Below, in pieces: positions 11,756-26,833 of a DNA stretch of 64,000 nt. Source of the stretch: Sphagnum compactum (Eukaryota); assembly GCA_965153455.1 (NCBI GenBank), contig OZ234493.1:16544213-16608212 (forward strand). Reading direction: 5' to 3'. Every line of letters begins with the position of its first letter. Position 1 is the first letter of the stretch. The position numbers and the translations under genes were made by a program. Below the pieces are notes generated by a model. That model made no database searches and was not told the origin of the DNA. It saw only the letters and a program-made list of their open reading frames with translations.

Positions 11756-11911
11756 GAAGACCCAAATCAAAGACCGAAAATGCAAAAACTTTTGCAACAT
11801 TTGGAAGGATTGAACAAAAAGAAAGGATCGCAATATTTTACCACATTAATCCAGGCTTTCAACCCATTATCGAAACTAGTTGGTGCCTTCTGGGACCTGG
11901 AGTGGAGGTAG
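11756..11911 (+). CDS. TPR-kinase exon 3 (subdomain XI and C-terminus)
   Basis: Acceptor tatAG at 11754-11755, phase 0. Translates EDPNQRPKMQKLLQHLEG...WDLEWR* (TAG 11909-11911), the expected DPxxRPxM motif. Spliced product from ATG 6398 is 1085 aa. Confidence 0.85.
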   Translation, partial: EDPNQRPKMQKLLQHLEGLNKKKGSQYFTTLIQAFNPLSKLVGAFWDLEWR

Positions 11912-14771
11912 GCCTATGGCTGTCTTTTATTGACTACGTCCGTCTCTCTCTCAAGTAGAGTAATACTGCTCCTGCAGCACTAACCTAAACGTTGTCAGCT
12001 TGGGTCACTAGAGAGAGTCGACACAGACAGAGCGGATGATGATATTACACTCTTCCTCTGCAATATTACCTAGTCACTACCTATTAAGAAGAGGTGAGGA
12101 CTTCGAAAATTTCACATAGCCTGTTGTTTCCAGCAACTACAAACACAGTGAATGATTGCTAGTCACAGTATGAGACTTGGAAAAAAGAACAGTACTAATT
12201 TGGAACAGTTGGACTATTTACAGGATCTTAACAGACTGTTGTTCTCTAACGTTGTAAACCAAGCTGCCCAGAAAACTGAATACTACTTAGCCTACTACAT
12301 TAGGGGGGGGGGGGGGGGGGGGATAAACAAGCCAGCAGCAGCTGCAAAATCACTGGCGTACATAAGTCTTCTTCAGCACCTGGACACTTTCTGTAACTGA
12401 TGTCCACAGACATGTATCTGATGGATTTAATGATACAAATGAGATCGGAGGGGATTTTCACAAGAGCCCTGTGAATTATATGGTCTTGGACTTCTTGTGC
12501 AACTCTAGCTCACCTTTTTTTTTTCCCCAAAATAAATATTGCTGTTAGTGAGAACCGGCATGTAGGTTGCAATAGCCTGTCATTGTGCCCTTTATTAGTA
12601 CCCAACATATTTATTTAAAAACAATTCCCCAATAACAGGGCAACACTAGCCTCAATGCCTTGATTGTTTTTATAAAACAAATTGTGGACTCTGAGAAACT
12701 TTTTCAAATTCCCATCTTGCTATTAAGTAGTTTCAATGATATTCCATCAGCCAACAAGGGCACAGTGACTTGAGAGCCTTTGGGTGAACCCAAGCCAGTC
12801 CATTTAAATTAATTCTAAACATTACAAATATCCCATGCTAAGACTAAATCAGGGTGTCTGAGTTCAGATTTAACATTTTTTGGGGTTACGATGGCCACTA
12901 AGAGGCCTCACTCAAAAAGGTCAAGGTACCAACATGGGTGCTGGTTCACCCTGGCCAACTTGCGGCACCTACACTGATGACTGGTTGGTCACCTTCAGCT
13001 TTCCTTTGAAAGTGTTTTAAATGATGCCACGTGGCACTTTGCAAATTTAGATTGCGTTTTGAACCCTCAGGCCTACCTCCACTAAATATTTGGATCCACT
13101 TTCAAAAGGATTTGATTTGTATATTCATTATACGATTAAATTCAACATGTATATTTAATGTTACATTTGTCCATTTAATTAATTTACCTTTTGTAAATGT
13201 GGAAAGGTATTCCAATAGGTCCATAAACTCAAAGTTTCACAATTCTTTATAATATATGTTGTCATCCAACTTGACAACTTGTGTGTTTGTATAGATGAGA
13301 AATTAGATGTTTATTAAATGAAAAAATTATCTTTATAATCATTCGTATAAGCTAGGTGTTATGGATTTATTTACATAAATGTACATACATAAATCGAATC
13401 CTTTCAAAAATTGATCTTTGTTGATCTTTCCAAAATTGGCTTGGTTATGAATATTAGCTCTTGTTTCATAATGTTTTACGCTTTTTTTTTTACACATAAG
13501 TATGCGGTAGAACATTGAACTTTTTTCCCAAATGGTTTTGGGCATATATAATTATGATAGACAACAATATTTTAAATGGGTCCAAGGTCAGTTGAACCCA
13601 ACCACTAGTAAATTACTTGGTAGACATCAATATCAAATTCTTGGGTTATTGGGCGCATGATGTAATAATGGGTAACATTAAGCATGTCCTAAAGGTGATT
13701 TCAACCCACAACCATTTGCATAGTGACCATGAATTCCTCCAACCGTTTAAATGATTGAATAGCTATTTTAAATTAAGCATTTAATTTATGGAAATTTGTT
13801 TAATGAAAAATTTGAAATATGGACATGAAATATGGCATTAGACCATAAAGTTTTGGAAAAATCTATGGTCCACATAATGGTAGTTATGTACAAACTTTAA
13901 ACAAACATAAAACAATGGCTTGTAATTCATGACACCTTGCCATGTGGTTGTAGGTCGAACTCAAGTCATGTTAAATTACCCATACCCAATTGTATTAAAG
14001 TCATCCAAGATACACAATTCATCCAAATTTGTGGAAATAAGCTTAAAGTCTTTTAGTGCTTGTGGGGTTTTGGGTGAAAAGATGTCCATTCCTTTGGTTA
14101 CAAAAATTTGAATTTTCTAAATAGTTTGGGTTCCTTTGACATAAAACTACCCCTTGCAAATATATGATAAGTTTAAAATATATATTTAATAAATATTCTT
14201 TCTATAAAAAAATCCCAATGCAATACATATTTAGTTTTGTTCATGATTTGATAACATATCACCTTTACAAATGTAAGGTTGTTGCAATATGCAATTTGAT
14301 GTTGACAATAATACATCTGTTTATGACATTTGGAACAATGATTTGTTATAACAAGTCCAACTCTGCTAACATCATATACAAATTTTGGCCCATCAAATTA
14401 CATTAAACTATTACAATTCTTTAGTTAAAAAGTAGCAATAATAATAAGTTATATGTCCTATTGATGCAATTGAGGCACCTTTCATGTAATTAAAGACTAT
14501 GTTTAGGAAAAATGAATGATTTAAAGTTTAAGGCAATCAAGAATAACCTTTATTTTATAGGCAAAAATTTGCCTGCAAGTCGAGGAAAAAAAATGAAAAT
14601 TATGAATTGATTTGGGAGCATTTCAATTGCTATAAGTGGAAAAAAAAAACAATTCCTAAGCTTTTATATTTTATATTAAGTGTGGTGCCATAAATATAAA
14701 AGGTTGATTAAAAAAATATTCATTTCATATTTGGTTTATGGTTATATTTAACAAAATCCTCATGGGGGGGG

Positions 14772-15360
14772 GGTCCAAGCATGGTAATTAGACCAAAAAA
14801 TACGTATGCCTAAAATACCATTTCAAAATATGATAATTTTCAAAAACACACAAAAATAAATTGGAAAGTTTTTCATCTTTCATTTTGAAAACATCTATGC
14901 CTCCATTGGGTTTATGGTAAGTGAATATAAAATCTGAAAAAAATTAATATAATAAAAGTAAATAACAAGTAGGTTTGAAATTGATTGTTAAATATTTTTT
15001 TCAAACCTATTTTTACCTTACAAGCTAGATATATTTTTATTAGAATGTGAAAAAGATGAAAAGCCACAAGTACATTTTAAGGCCCCATTAATTCAAAAAA
15101 AATTTAAAATGTGATATTTCATCTACTTCCAACCTATTTTAAAGTTATAAAATAAATTGTGAGTTTTGCTTGAGTTCCCATGAATCTACTTAAACCTATT
15201 CTAAACATGTAATCCTTATTTAAAGTTTTTGAAGAAAATTTTCATATTAATCCTTGAACTATATAATATTTTTAAATTCAATATATCAAAGCATACTTGA
15301 TGATTACTTTTAATTTATGTCACAAGGAACATTTGAGGTCTAATTTCTCATGCTTGGACC
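14772..15360. mobile_element. MITE with 12-bp terminal inverted repeats
   Basis: ggtccaagcatg (14772-14783) and catgcttggacc (15349-15360). Its right end is clearly homologous to 61665-61749. Confidence 0.6.
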
Positions 15361-17199
15361 TAGGGCTGATTTCCATTTTCTAAATCTTCCTATGGATGAT
15401 CGCCACTTATGCTACATAAAAATTTCCTTAAAAAAACACTGATAAAAAGGGGAGAAAGTTGATACCTTCAATAATTAAAAATCACAATTTTGTTCAATTG
15501 TGACATGAGATTTCGGTTCATTCTTGACATTGAAATTGATTGAAATGATGTGTACACAATAAACTAATATAAATTTAGCACATGTTATGTATTATCTAAA
15601 TTTAATGATGGTAAATAGATATTCATATCATCATTTCCAATAATTGGATCTCACCAACTAGATGTTCAATGTAGGGAGGATTTTAAATGATTATTAAAAA
15701 AAGTTAAATTTTTTTTAGAATTGAAATTTCTATATATATTTGTACATTAAAAATACAAATTAGGGATTTGGGAGGGAAGTTAACCTCCTTTAAATGTAGT
15801 GATAATACATATGACTAACTTCAACACCCACAAATGTTGCCCATTTTTAAAGAGCATATACAAACATATAGAGACACACACATTAGGCATCAAATACATG
15901 CCTTCATATATATGTTGCCACCATTGTTTTATAAGTATGTTTGTGACATAAGATGACATATTAGAATTTAGAAGTTCATTTGTTAATGGCCATGTACTTC
16001 TCCATAAGCACATTTTCACCCTATCCCAATAAAGTGCACATTCCTTTCAAGTTTACCCTTGTGCAAGTTACCTACCTATGTTGATCACCTATAACATAGT
16101 ATGGTCATTGCTTAATTTTCCCCTTTAACTACACATCTATGTATTCCCCCTTTCCATGGGCCTCCTATTACTGATTGTGTCCTATTAAATATTGCTTGAT
16201 CCCAACATTGTTGGGTGCGTCCTTTGGCCCATGCGGGTCATTGAAGTGAACACGGTTGTGCTTTATGCTTGAAGGGGGTCTATGCATTATTTTTTTCCTA
16301 TATTATTCAATTTTTTCCTCAAATAATTAATCTAAATTTAAAAATCTTATTTCTTACAATTAATACCTTGAAATCACATCCAATCATGTCATTGAAGAAA
16401 ATTTAAAAAGGTGGGATTTAACATTCTTTCATCAATTGTTATTTTTTTGGATATAATGGATGAATCACACATGGTTCCATCTATTTTCTAACCCACGCTC
16501 CTCTCTCTCTAAAATTATTTCACATAATTTTGTAAATCACTTGTGGTTTAGACCACCTATTTTTTAGGGTATAATATCTTATTTTCTAAATGTTACTCCA
16601 AGGCATACATTGAACCCTAGTCATATGTTGTCAATTGACATATTGACCTCCCTTAAAATCTTAAGTCCCATCAAAGTGGTCATCTTGAATTTGCATTATT
16701 AGTATTCTTTCATGCGCCTACTTATGAGCTTGTATTTTCATGTTTATATACACATTGCTTGGTTTAACTAGCTTTTAAAAATTGGTGTCTATTCAAAGTT
16801 TGGGGCTTAAGGTGAATTGCATAGGGGTTAACCATGGCAATGGATATGAATTATTTTTAAACTTGTCTTTTCATGCATTTTAATGACATCCCAAAAAATG
16901 TGATTGTTATTTGGGCGATCAAAGTTGTTGGGGCAATGTGGGGAAAAATGAAATGATCATAAGGTTGATCAATTATGATCTCAACACTCTAACCCCAATG
17001 TCATAAGCCATGATTTGGCTATGTGACTAATTGGTTGTGAGTTGCAACCAACCATTATTGTTTTGGTACAAGGTCATTACAATTTTCATACATGGAAACA
17101 TCATGCATCTTTAAATGAAATTGCTTGTTATTTATAAGTGTTTGTTGCACAAATTAATGGTCAATATTATTCATAGTTGTTATGTTCATTATGTTGTTC

Positions 17200-17975
17200 A
17201 TTTATGAGTGTAATTTGAACCTTATTTGATTGTTTAATAATTTCAAATTGTTGATGTGGAAATTGAAGTAACCTTTAATTTTATTTACACAATGCATATA
17301 ATGGGTTAGTGATTTTTTAAACATTTTTTTCAATTGTCAACATGGTACATGAATTGAACCATCAACTTTTAACATCCTAAACCATTGTTTAAGAGTTACT
17401 TTTTCACTTACCATAATTTCTTAAAACATATAACAATTTTAAACTCCACATTTATATTGGAATGAATTGGTGATTTTTTTTCATGTCTTTCAATTATCAA
17501 AATGTGTACATGAGTTGAATTATTCACTTTTAATTTGTTGAAATCATTATTCATAAATTGCATATTATAGTTATTATAATGTCCTAAAACGCATGCAACT
17601 CAATATTTTGCAATTATACTTGAATGGTTAAATCATTTTTCCCACTTTTTTTGAATTATAAACATATTTACATGAGTTGAATCATCCATTTTGAACTTAT
17701 TGAAATCATTATTCAAACATTGCATGTTACACTTATTAGTATATATTGAAACACACACAACAATTTAATGCTTCACATTTATACTTGATTAAGTTAGTGA
17801 TTTTTTTTGCATATTTTGAATTATTAACATTTGCACATGAGTTGAATCATTCACTTCGAATGTTGTTAAATCCATTATTCATGATTTGTATTTTGCACTC
17901 ATCACAATTTTTTGAAATGGATGGATAAAAACTTGGTAAGTCTCACATTTATATTTGAGTGGGTTAGTGATTAAG
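17200..17975. repeat. Degenerate tandem repeat, ~160-bp period, ~5 copies
   Basis: catgagttgaatcat-like anchors near 17350, 17510, 17672 and 17837, each followed by tgaaatcattattc ... cacatttata ... ttagtgatttttt. Confidence 0.7.
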
Positions 17976-19837
17976 TCAAAATGTTCATGCATGCAAAGTT
18001 TAGGATGCATGTAAACTTTATTTTATTTTTTCATATATTAAATTTTTGTACATTTATGTAATTTAGAATGTATTTTTTCCCTTATTTTCTTAGGCATCAT
18101 GAACAAGTTTATTATTATGAATTTCCATGATGTCACACGAAAAAAAATCCCAAAAATTATCCTTAATTTTTTTCCCATTTTTTAATCTTGGTGTATGAAA
18201 AAAAATCCATGTTAAAAGCAATGATTATTTTCAAAATTTTAATAATAATAATAATTTAATAATATAAATATATTATATATATTATTATTTTAAACACAAT
18301 TTATCAAAAATTTAAAGCTAGTTTTGTTACAGGTTTATGTTTAAATATTTAGAAATGAATTTTAAAAATTCATTTAAAAACATTAATGAATTATAAATGA
18401 TGATCATAATAATGACATCAATGATTTTTTTAAGTTTTTTACTTTTTCAATTATGTAATCTTCTTCAAGATCATCCAAAAAATAATTTAGCCATGTTTTG
18501 GCTATAAGCCATATATGGGAGTAAATGTTTTTCAAATATTTATATATTTTTGTTGCAAGTCCTAAAACCCATTGTAGAATGATATCATTTTTAAAATATT
18601 AAAATATTAATTATTCAAAAAATAATTTAATTTTTTTGTTGATGTTAATGACCTTTCTTATGTTTGAAAAATGGTGGAAATTCATCACACAAAAAAAACA
18701 CTCAATTACATCATTAATATTTATTTTAAATTTTCAAAAAACTTGGATAGGTTTATAATGATCTCAAAGATTGAACTTCAAAATTTTCAAATAAATTTGA
18801 TGTTGTAATTGTTTACTTGTTCAATGTTGGAATGATTAGAATCACCTTTATACTTTTAACCATTAGGAGTAACCTTTTTTCTTTGAAATTTTTTATCTCA
18901 ATTTTTTTGGCAATGTTTTTGTTGTTTACATTTTTCCTTGAATTTGAAACCAAAAAACATTGTTGGTTGGGGCAAGGGGGGGTAAATCCAACTATTTAAA
19001 CTCAAAATTTCACCAAATTACTTTTACAAAGGAAAAAATGTAATATTTTTTTTGACATCATTAAAATATATGTTGCAATTTTTTTTCAGAATTGTGTAAT
19101 TAATCATTTGTATTAGTGTATGATTCATCTTGCTAAACAAATATGGTATTGATAATGAAATGGCTATATTGATAATTTAATTAATATTTATTTTTGTGGC
19201 CAATTTTTGCCAATTTAAGGGGGCAACAACATCAAGAAAGGATTTATTTGAAAGGATGTTTTTATGCCAAATTTCAAATATATATTGTCAATTTTTTTAC
19301 AATAGAACATAATAAATAACCATAATATTGAAGGATTCAAACAAGTTTCCAACTACACTACTTGCCTATAACTAAATGTGGTAAATTATTTATGGATGAT
19401 TGCCATTTTAACAACATCACAAAAATAAAAGAAATAAATTGTACATAATCATATTGAGGAAAATAAAACTTACAATTCTACAAAAAAATGAACATATTTT
19501 ATGTAATGAAAATAGAATTGAAAAATACTTAATGGATGCATTTTTGAAGTGACATTGAATTCAGAAAGATTCTATATCAATTTAAACAAAAAGAGATTTA
19601 TACATTTATTATAGACATATAATTTCAGGTTATTTTTTAACCCTTTAAATTTAAGTTTTGTAAATTATAATATTTTATTGAATACATTATTGAATAAGCT
19701 TCAAAATCATATTTTCATTTGTAACACTTGAATAAATTTTGAAAAAAAAAAGTATGTTAAAGTTTGAACTTCCTAAACAATTTCATGCCAAACACAATAA
19801 AGTTAAACTTTCTCTTCTTTGTTACTAAAGTCTTGAA

Positions 19838-19893
19838 GTTTGGTGGTTAAGACCTTGGTGTACTTCCATGAAGTCATGGGTTCAATCCTTGAT
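19838..19893 (+). mobile_element. tRNA-derived (SINE-like) head remnant
   Basis: A-box-like tggtggttaa and B-box-like gggttcaatcc at tRNA-like spacing; no complete cloverleaf. Confidence 0.3.
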
Positions 19894-22800
19894 GGATGCA
19901 TGCATAAACATATATTGTACAAATGTAGTCTATAAGCATCTGTAAATCATGGTGAATGGTGTCAAAATTTGTTTTTGACAATTTTTTTTGAAAAAAAGTT
20001 AAAATTTTTCATAACATGTAATTTTGTCACACCATGCCATCCGTGATTCCATGATCTAAAAATAAAATTTTAAAAAATTGTATGATGACATGGCATGTTA
20101 TTCCACGTCATATTAACCTGGGACCTCATATATCCATGTCATAATTTTAAAATTAAAATTATTTAATGCAACATGTGATTATCTCGAAAATGACTAAAAA
20201 ACATTTCATGAAAAATGTCCTAATTAATTTTTTTTACCAAAACCATACAAGTTGCATGTTAGTTAATTTTATCGTATTTCATTAAAAACCTAGTGAATTA
20301 CAATAGTGGAAAAAAACAAGATTTCTTCTTGTGTTATGACAATGTGGACAAGGGCCGTCCATAACCTAATTTGGCCTAAGTATCCACACCCGTTAGCATT
20401 GACATTTTTGGGCACATATGTAGTTTAGCTACAAATGAGTGCCCCTTCACCCCTAGCAAACATCTAATGAATTTGCAATCCATAATTACTATGTTGCTTC
20501 ATCTACATGAACATTTCCAATTGTCATTATTTCATATGTAGATGTTAGAAGCCAAATCAAAGATCATGGTGACCTGAAAATTGAGGTTTATTTTGAATCC
20601 ATCTAAACACGTCTCTCTTCAAGTGTAATCTTATTTGTCATTCATGTATTTTGATAATGTTGAACGAAGAAATTAATTTTCATAAATTAATAAATAATTG
20701 CAATTTAGCATGTGATTACAACAAGCTAGGGATCTTACTAACTTGTGATTGTGGGGTGATTGTGCACTCTTAACAATGGATTCTCAAATTAGGGAATGAA
20801 ATGACAATTTTTAGTCAAAATAAAATCTTGCAAATGTGCATCCAGAACACATTATCATGTCCAAAGCAATGGTATATTTAATAATCTTTCTATGGAAAGG
20901 CAATGGATTTCCCTTTGGACAAATATTTTGCAACAACACTGGAAGACATGAAGTCATTAGCCCAAGTGGTTGAATGTTCAACTTGGAAATAATTTAGGTT
21001 CACTTCACCATAAATGTCAAATTTGATAGTTCCAATGACATTCCAAATAACTAATATATTGATAGATTGTTAATCAAGGTCATTGGTGAATTCACCACCA
21101 AAAACCATGTGGGGTCATGTGGTGTGATTGAAAAGTGATTATTTGAAAATTTGATCATAATGACTGAAAAAGTGATCACATTTTGTCTTTCTTTATAATA
21201 ATAATACCTATAAAGGTGCCCATGTTGCAAAAATTGACAAATTGGTCATATGAAATTAAATCCCAACTCTAATGAACACCATAACAATTGGGGTGGGTCA
21301 TATGATATTGTACATGTTGTTTTGGATTCTTATCTTGTGCACTATGCAAACCCTTGAATGCATTTGCACTCAACTTGCAACATGTCCAGTCATATCACTT
21401 TTTCGATGCATGCATGTGAAGGATATTTATGATGAAGGGAGCGAATGTGGTTAGTGCAACATGATATCAATGAGCTCATAATCATGATATATAAATATTA
21501 TTCTCTTGAACATGAATTCTAAAAACATGTTCATCAAATGAAAATTCAATAATAAAGTAGAGTTTGGGGAACACTACTATGAAATGCATATGATAATAGA
21601 TTTCTTGATGAAATTAATGCAATCAAGTTCTATGTCAACTTTCAAGACAAAAAGATTTCACACAATTTTTATGTTTATATCAATTGGGTGTAAGAAAGTT
21701 ACAAATATAGTTAGGTTGTTCATTACTTGGTAATGTTTAAGGCAAATGTTATCAACAAAGATGAAATGGTGTCCATAAGTTAGAAAGTTAATTTGAAAAA
21801 TGGAGCATGTTTAAATTTTTTGCAACTTGGTCTTATTTCGCTTGTTCACAAGGTTTGGTTTGGTTATGTTGTTCTTCATAATGTTCATTCGAAGGGTGAA
21901 AGCATAATCAAATATACATTTCATGATCAAGAAAAATGTAAAGTAGCCATAAATTAAGCCTTAACATATTAGATCTTGAAATATTATTTATTTTAGTGAT
22001 CAATATGAACATATTTAAAAAATTTATGTTGATGATATTGAATAATCACATGTTTTCAATACTTTTAAGTAGATTTTTTAAAAATGCAAGTAGATTTTTT
22101 TTAATAAAAATTAGGTTGTTTGAATAAACAAAATAATTTTTAAATAGATGAAAAATTGGATTTTTTTACTTTCTTGGTTAATGGCGATCTAAAATTTATT
22201 TATGAACTTTGAACTTCTAACTTAAAAGTAATAATATATCAATCTTTTAATGTAAAAGTATTTTTGAACATAATTCCACTACTTAATTTCAAAAATACTT
22301 TGACCTATTTTTAGTACACTAAAGTTTTTCAAACTTTGTATATAACATACTATAAACTCAACATTTAGCACCATGATAGTTTAACAATCATTCAAAAGGT
22401 TTTGACTCTACTTTCTTGCATTTATGTGTAAAAATATGACTGCAACTACTCAAAGTCCCTTTTCATGTTTATTTGATTGTGTTTTCACCCTAAGGTAGTA
22501 TAGTCATGGCTTCCTTTACACCCTGCCAAGTGAAAAAGGGTTATTCAACTAAGTTAACCTTGTATGGCATTTATATCTATGGCATTCTTCCTCTTCCTAA
22601 TTGTAGATTGCATTTTGAAAAGTATTATTAGTCATATTCAAACTTTGATGGTAAAATGAGATGTAGTTCATAACAAATGGATGATGAAATCTAAAGACCA
22701 AATCATCTTGAACTTCCATGTATAAATCCAAGAAAGATTTTTGATCTTTGTAGGAAAATGGCCAACCTTAGCAAAGGGCCCATGAACCTGATGTTAAAAA

Positions 22801-25800
22801 AATAAACATCAATCAAAAGGCCGATAGGATTTTTTTTCTAAAGGCAAATGAAGTGAAAAATTGTGTATTGAAAGTTATCCATGGATCGCACTAGATCTTA
22901 AGAAGCAGAGGGAGGCTGCAAATAGCCTCTTTTGTAAGAACATGGGAAAAAAACATGTGGCAAAAAAATGGGGTTAAATGTGTGGAATATTGCTCTTGAA
23001 GCCAAATACATAATTAGTTTGGAACATGGAAAAGAAGATATGTCCATTACCTGTAAATCACACTCTTCAAAACTTCTTCACCACTAGTCTGTTGTTGCCA
23101 AGTTTTGTTTTCCAAGATTCCACCTTTGAACTTGAATTCACGAAAAAACAAAGACTCCCATGATTCAAGCTTCCAATGACTTATGAAGTTTTCAAGACTT
23201 TGAACCTTGACACTCTCAAGGATAGACATACCAAGGTTTGTGTTATAATAAAAGCTTCTTGGCCTCCACTTCCAATTACAATGATAACACAAATGCAAAG
23301 CCATCAACGCGAACGCCCAATGAAAAACCCTAAAAAGAATTTCAATGTATAATTGAAATAACTAATAGGGTACTTGAAACCAAAACATTGCCTTGTGAAG
23401 CCATTTCTCAAAAATGGCATTTGACAACCCAACCTTAAGAAATTTTTGAACTTCCCTATGAACCAGTGATTGGTTCCACTGCTTTAACCAATAAGCCTTT
23501 TTTTTTGTTGCTCACTTGTGAAGACACAAACAATTGTAACTTCTCAATCATCATTTATGGATCAAGATTCATGTTATAATGAACTTGTACTTGTTGGAGA
23601 AATTCAACGCCAAATGCAAGGTCACAAACGGGCAACCTTTTAGGGAATGTGTCATGTGTTCTTTTCGAACATTCTCCATTACCTTATTACTTAGCGAAGC
23701 CAACATTTTTGAATCCCAAAAAATGATATCTAAAACATCTACATAATACAAATAATGTGTGGTGTCGATAGTAAACACAAGTTCCTCTATAAGAAATATT
23801 ATTAATCAAAATGAACATTTGAAATTTGATCCACGAAGAGATCAAAACAAGTTAAAATTTTACAAAATTGTCTTGATTAATTTTTTAGAATACTTAATAA
23901 TAGTTACAAAAACATACGATCCCCCCTTCCCTCTTCCCCAAAGTAATTTGAAGATGCCAAAAACACAATACATTAATGAAAATTTTAACTTTTATTCGAA
24001 ACAAATAATAGTGAATGAGACTTCAAGATTTTGCCAATCCTAATCAAAATTTCATTGTTGTGCCATTCTAAGTGTTAAAAGTTAGAGTTACTCATATATG
24101 TGTTCCCATGTGAAGTGTTGTTGTTACTACTTTGAATTTCACTTGCTATTTCATTTTTATTCAAAACCTAGTCATTGATCAAAACATTGGTTTATAAAAT
24201 CAAATTACAATAAGAATACAACAATATCAACTTTGGAATTTTTTTGATATATATTTGATTTTAATGTTTTTGTTCATTGTTACATAAGGTTACATACATT
24301 ACAGATATTGTCAAACACTATTTGCTTGAAAAATTCCTAGGTTTTTGGGGTGCACAACCTAATAAAAAATTGCATTTCATAAGTACTTACTTTTAATATA
24401 ACCACCACACTCACTTGGATAAGTTTTTTTTTTCCACAACCTCAATTTGATGTTATGGTATTGTTTTCAAAGCTATTTAATATTCATAAATAAAACCCCA
24501 TGGACCATTTTCACATACAACTTTGGAACATAAAAAAATATAATTTCACACATTCAAATGTAAAGCCATGTACCCCAAAGTTTTTGTAAACAGGTTTGCA
24601 TTTTTAGGATTTGAACATGAATTCTTTCAAGACCTTTTCACATTTTCATCAATTTTGATGACCACTTTTTGGTATTAACATTGTCAAATATTGATTGTAA
24701 TATTTGGATCATTTGTCAAAATATAGCAAATCATATGGAGGCGAACATCAACATGTTAACACCTTTCTTCTTCACATGAATTTTGAACAAAAGCTTTTAG
24801 CCCATTCCTCCCATTTGGTATATAGTTCTTTTTCAAAGCCAAACAATAATAGAAAACCCCCTTTTACAGCTTGAGTTCAACTACAATTATAATTCATGAA
24901 AATGACCCTTCCAACTACAATTGTTTTTACAACTATTGACAAGTTGAAGATGAATTGCAATTGAAAATGATGGCCATGTTGTCGACACCACAACAATAGT
25001 CACTTTCAACCATTTTAATTGGAAATGACATCCACAAATATAGTTGAAAGTTGTTTTCAAATGTAACCTCCCATTGGGTGAACTTCATCCATTGACAAAT
25101 CATGACATCATCAAATAATTAGAACTTGCATTACATATTATTGGTTTTAAAAAAATTACATTCAAATGTTGAGAATTTATTTAAGTATGACTCAAGTGGA
25201 ACTTATTACTGAAGAAAAGATTATGGCAATGGTTTAGGAGAGAAAAGATTCTTGGACGGATTTCATTCAAGAAAGGAGAAATTTGTTAATGCTTCCTATG
25301 CAACTTGGGTAGGGAAATGGTTGGAACTTGGAAAGCAAAGTTGTGTTGCCCATGGAAAATTATGTTCGCCAAGGAGGGTAATGTTGTTGAGGTAGTGTTC
25401 CCCACATTACTTAGCACCTTCCCAAGGAAGCATTGGGGAGCAATAATTGTTTTGCTAGTGGAAAATGATGTTCCCTTGGAAAACATTAATGTTCCCCCAC
25501 AAAACACTGTACAACCTTCCTAGGGAAGTTGTGCCCCTCTATTTTTCTTTTTCACTTTTAATGTATTTATCGTGTTGTTTTTTGAGTTGGGGTTTTTAAT
25601 TTTCTGAAATATTCTTGGGCATGCTTTTTTTTTTTTTTTTTTTTGGTTACTTTCTTTTTACACTAGGTCGAAATTTTTCCCCCACGGGGTAGAATGCCTT
25701 GGATTTTTTGAATTTCTCTCTTTTCCATGGGAAAGGTGGTAATGTTACTTAGGGAACATTGCCTTGTGCAACATTATTGCCTCCCCGTGCAAAACTAGTT

Positions 25801-26353
25801 GTTGGGATGTTTTTCTACGTGTACTTTGGCCCCATTTCCCTTAGAATTGAGGTCATATTTTCCTTGGGAGTCTATATACACTCCCTTGGATAAACATACA
25901 AAGTTGGTTAAATTATTCAAGGGAGAAAATTAATTTAGGCCAAGTTCCCTTAGGAGAAGGGGAATCGGTGCCATGCTTTCTTTGAGAACTTGAAGTTCAC
26001 TTCTTGAAATCACATCCAAAGAAGTTACAATGCCTTAGAATTTTGATAAGGTTGTCCATGAATGGAAAAATGTGCCCTTAGCTTTGCATCTTTAATCTTC
26101 AATTTTTTGTGTATTTTTACATGTTGAAGACTTCAAAGTTTTAAAGGTCATTGTGGAATTTTTCATCCATTATTCAACTTTTTTTGGAACTTATTAAGAA
26201 GCTAACTTTTTCCAAATGTTGTGAGATATTTCATGATGGATGATTTTTTTGAAAAAATTATTAAGGGATGAACATTTAGGGAATTAAAGTGCAAAATGGA
26301 AACAAAATAAAAAAACATGTTACTAAATGGTTGAAGTATCAATGGGTCACTAC

Positions 26354-26833
26354 TATTGTTGGTTGATTATTGAGTTTTGACCCAATTATTAACCAGGTTA
26401 TCAATAAATTATTAATAATATACTAACTAATTATTGATTTCTTGATAGCCGATTAATAAACTAATTAACTAGTATTAATAATCTCAAAATCTAATAACTT
26501 ACTCGGATGATTTGGTTATCAACTAAGTAGGTTATCAATTTTAAAACACTTAACATTTTTGCGATAAAAACCCAAAAAAAAGGAAAGAAATATTTATGTT
26601 ATTTTTGGTAAAACCCTACAGTTGACTAATAACCAATAGGATAACCAATAGTTATCAATTGGTTATTTGATAACCTACCGTTATGCATAATTAATGATTG
26701 TAAAATCTCAAATATTGATAACCTAATCGACATCCAATTTTTTTAATAAAAATTGATAACCTAATTTGAACGAATTTATATAAAGAAAATCTACCCCATG
26801 ATTATGAAAAAAAACAATAACCAACCAACATTG
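26354..26833. mobile_element. hAT-family MITE
   Basis: ~19-bp imperfect TIRs (tattgttggttgattattg / caataaccaaccaacattg) and a perfect 8-bp TSD gtcactac (26346-26353, 26834-26841). Confidence 0.8.

Noticed and set aside
12303-12322. G20 tract (also G22 at 30738-30759) giving poly-Gly ORFs
   Set aside because: Simple homopolymers, length unreliable, no coding evidence.
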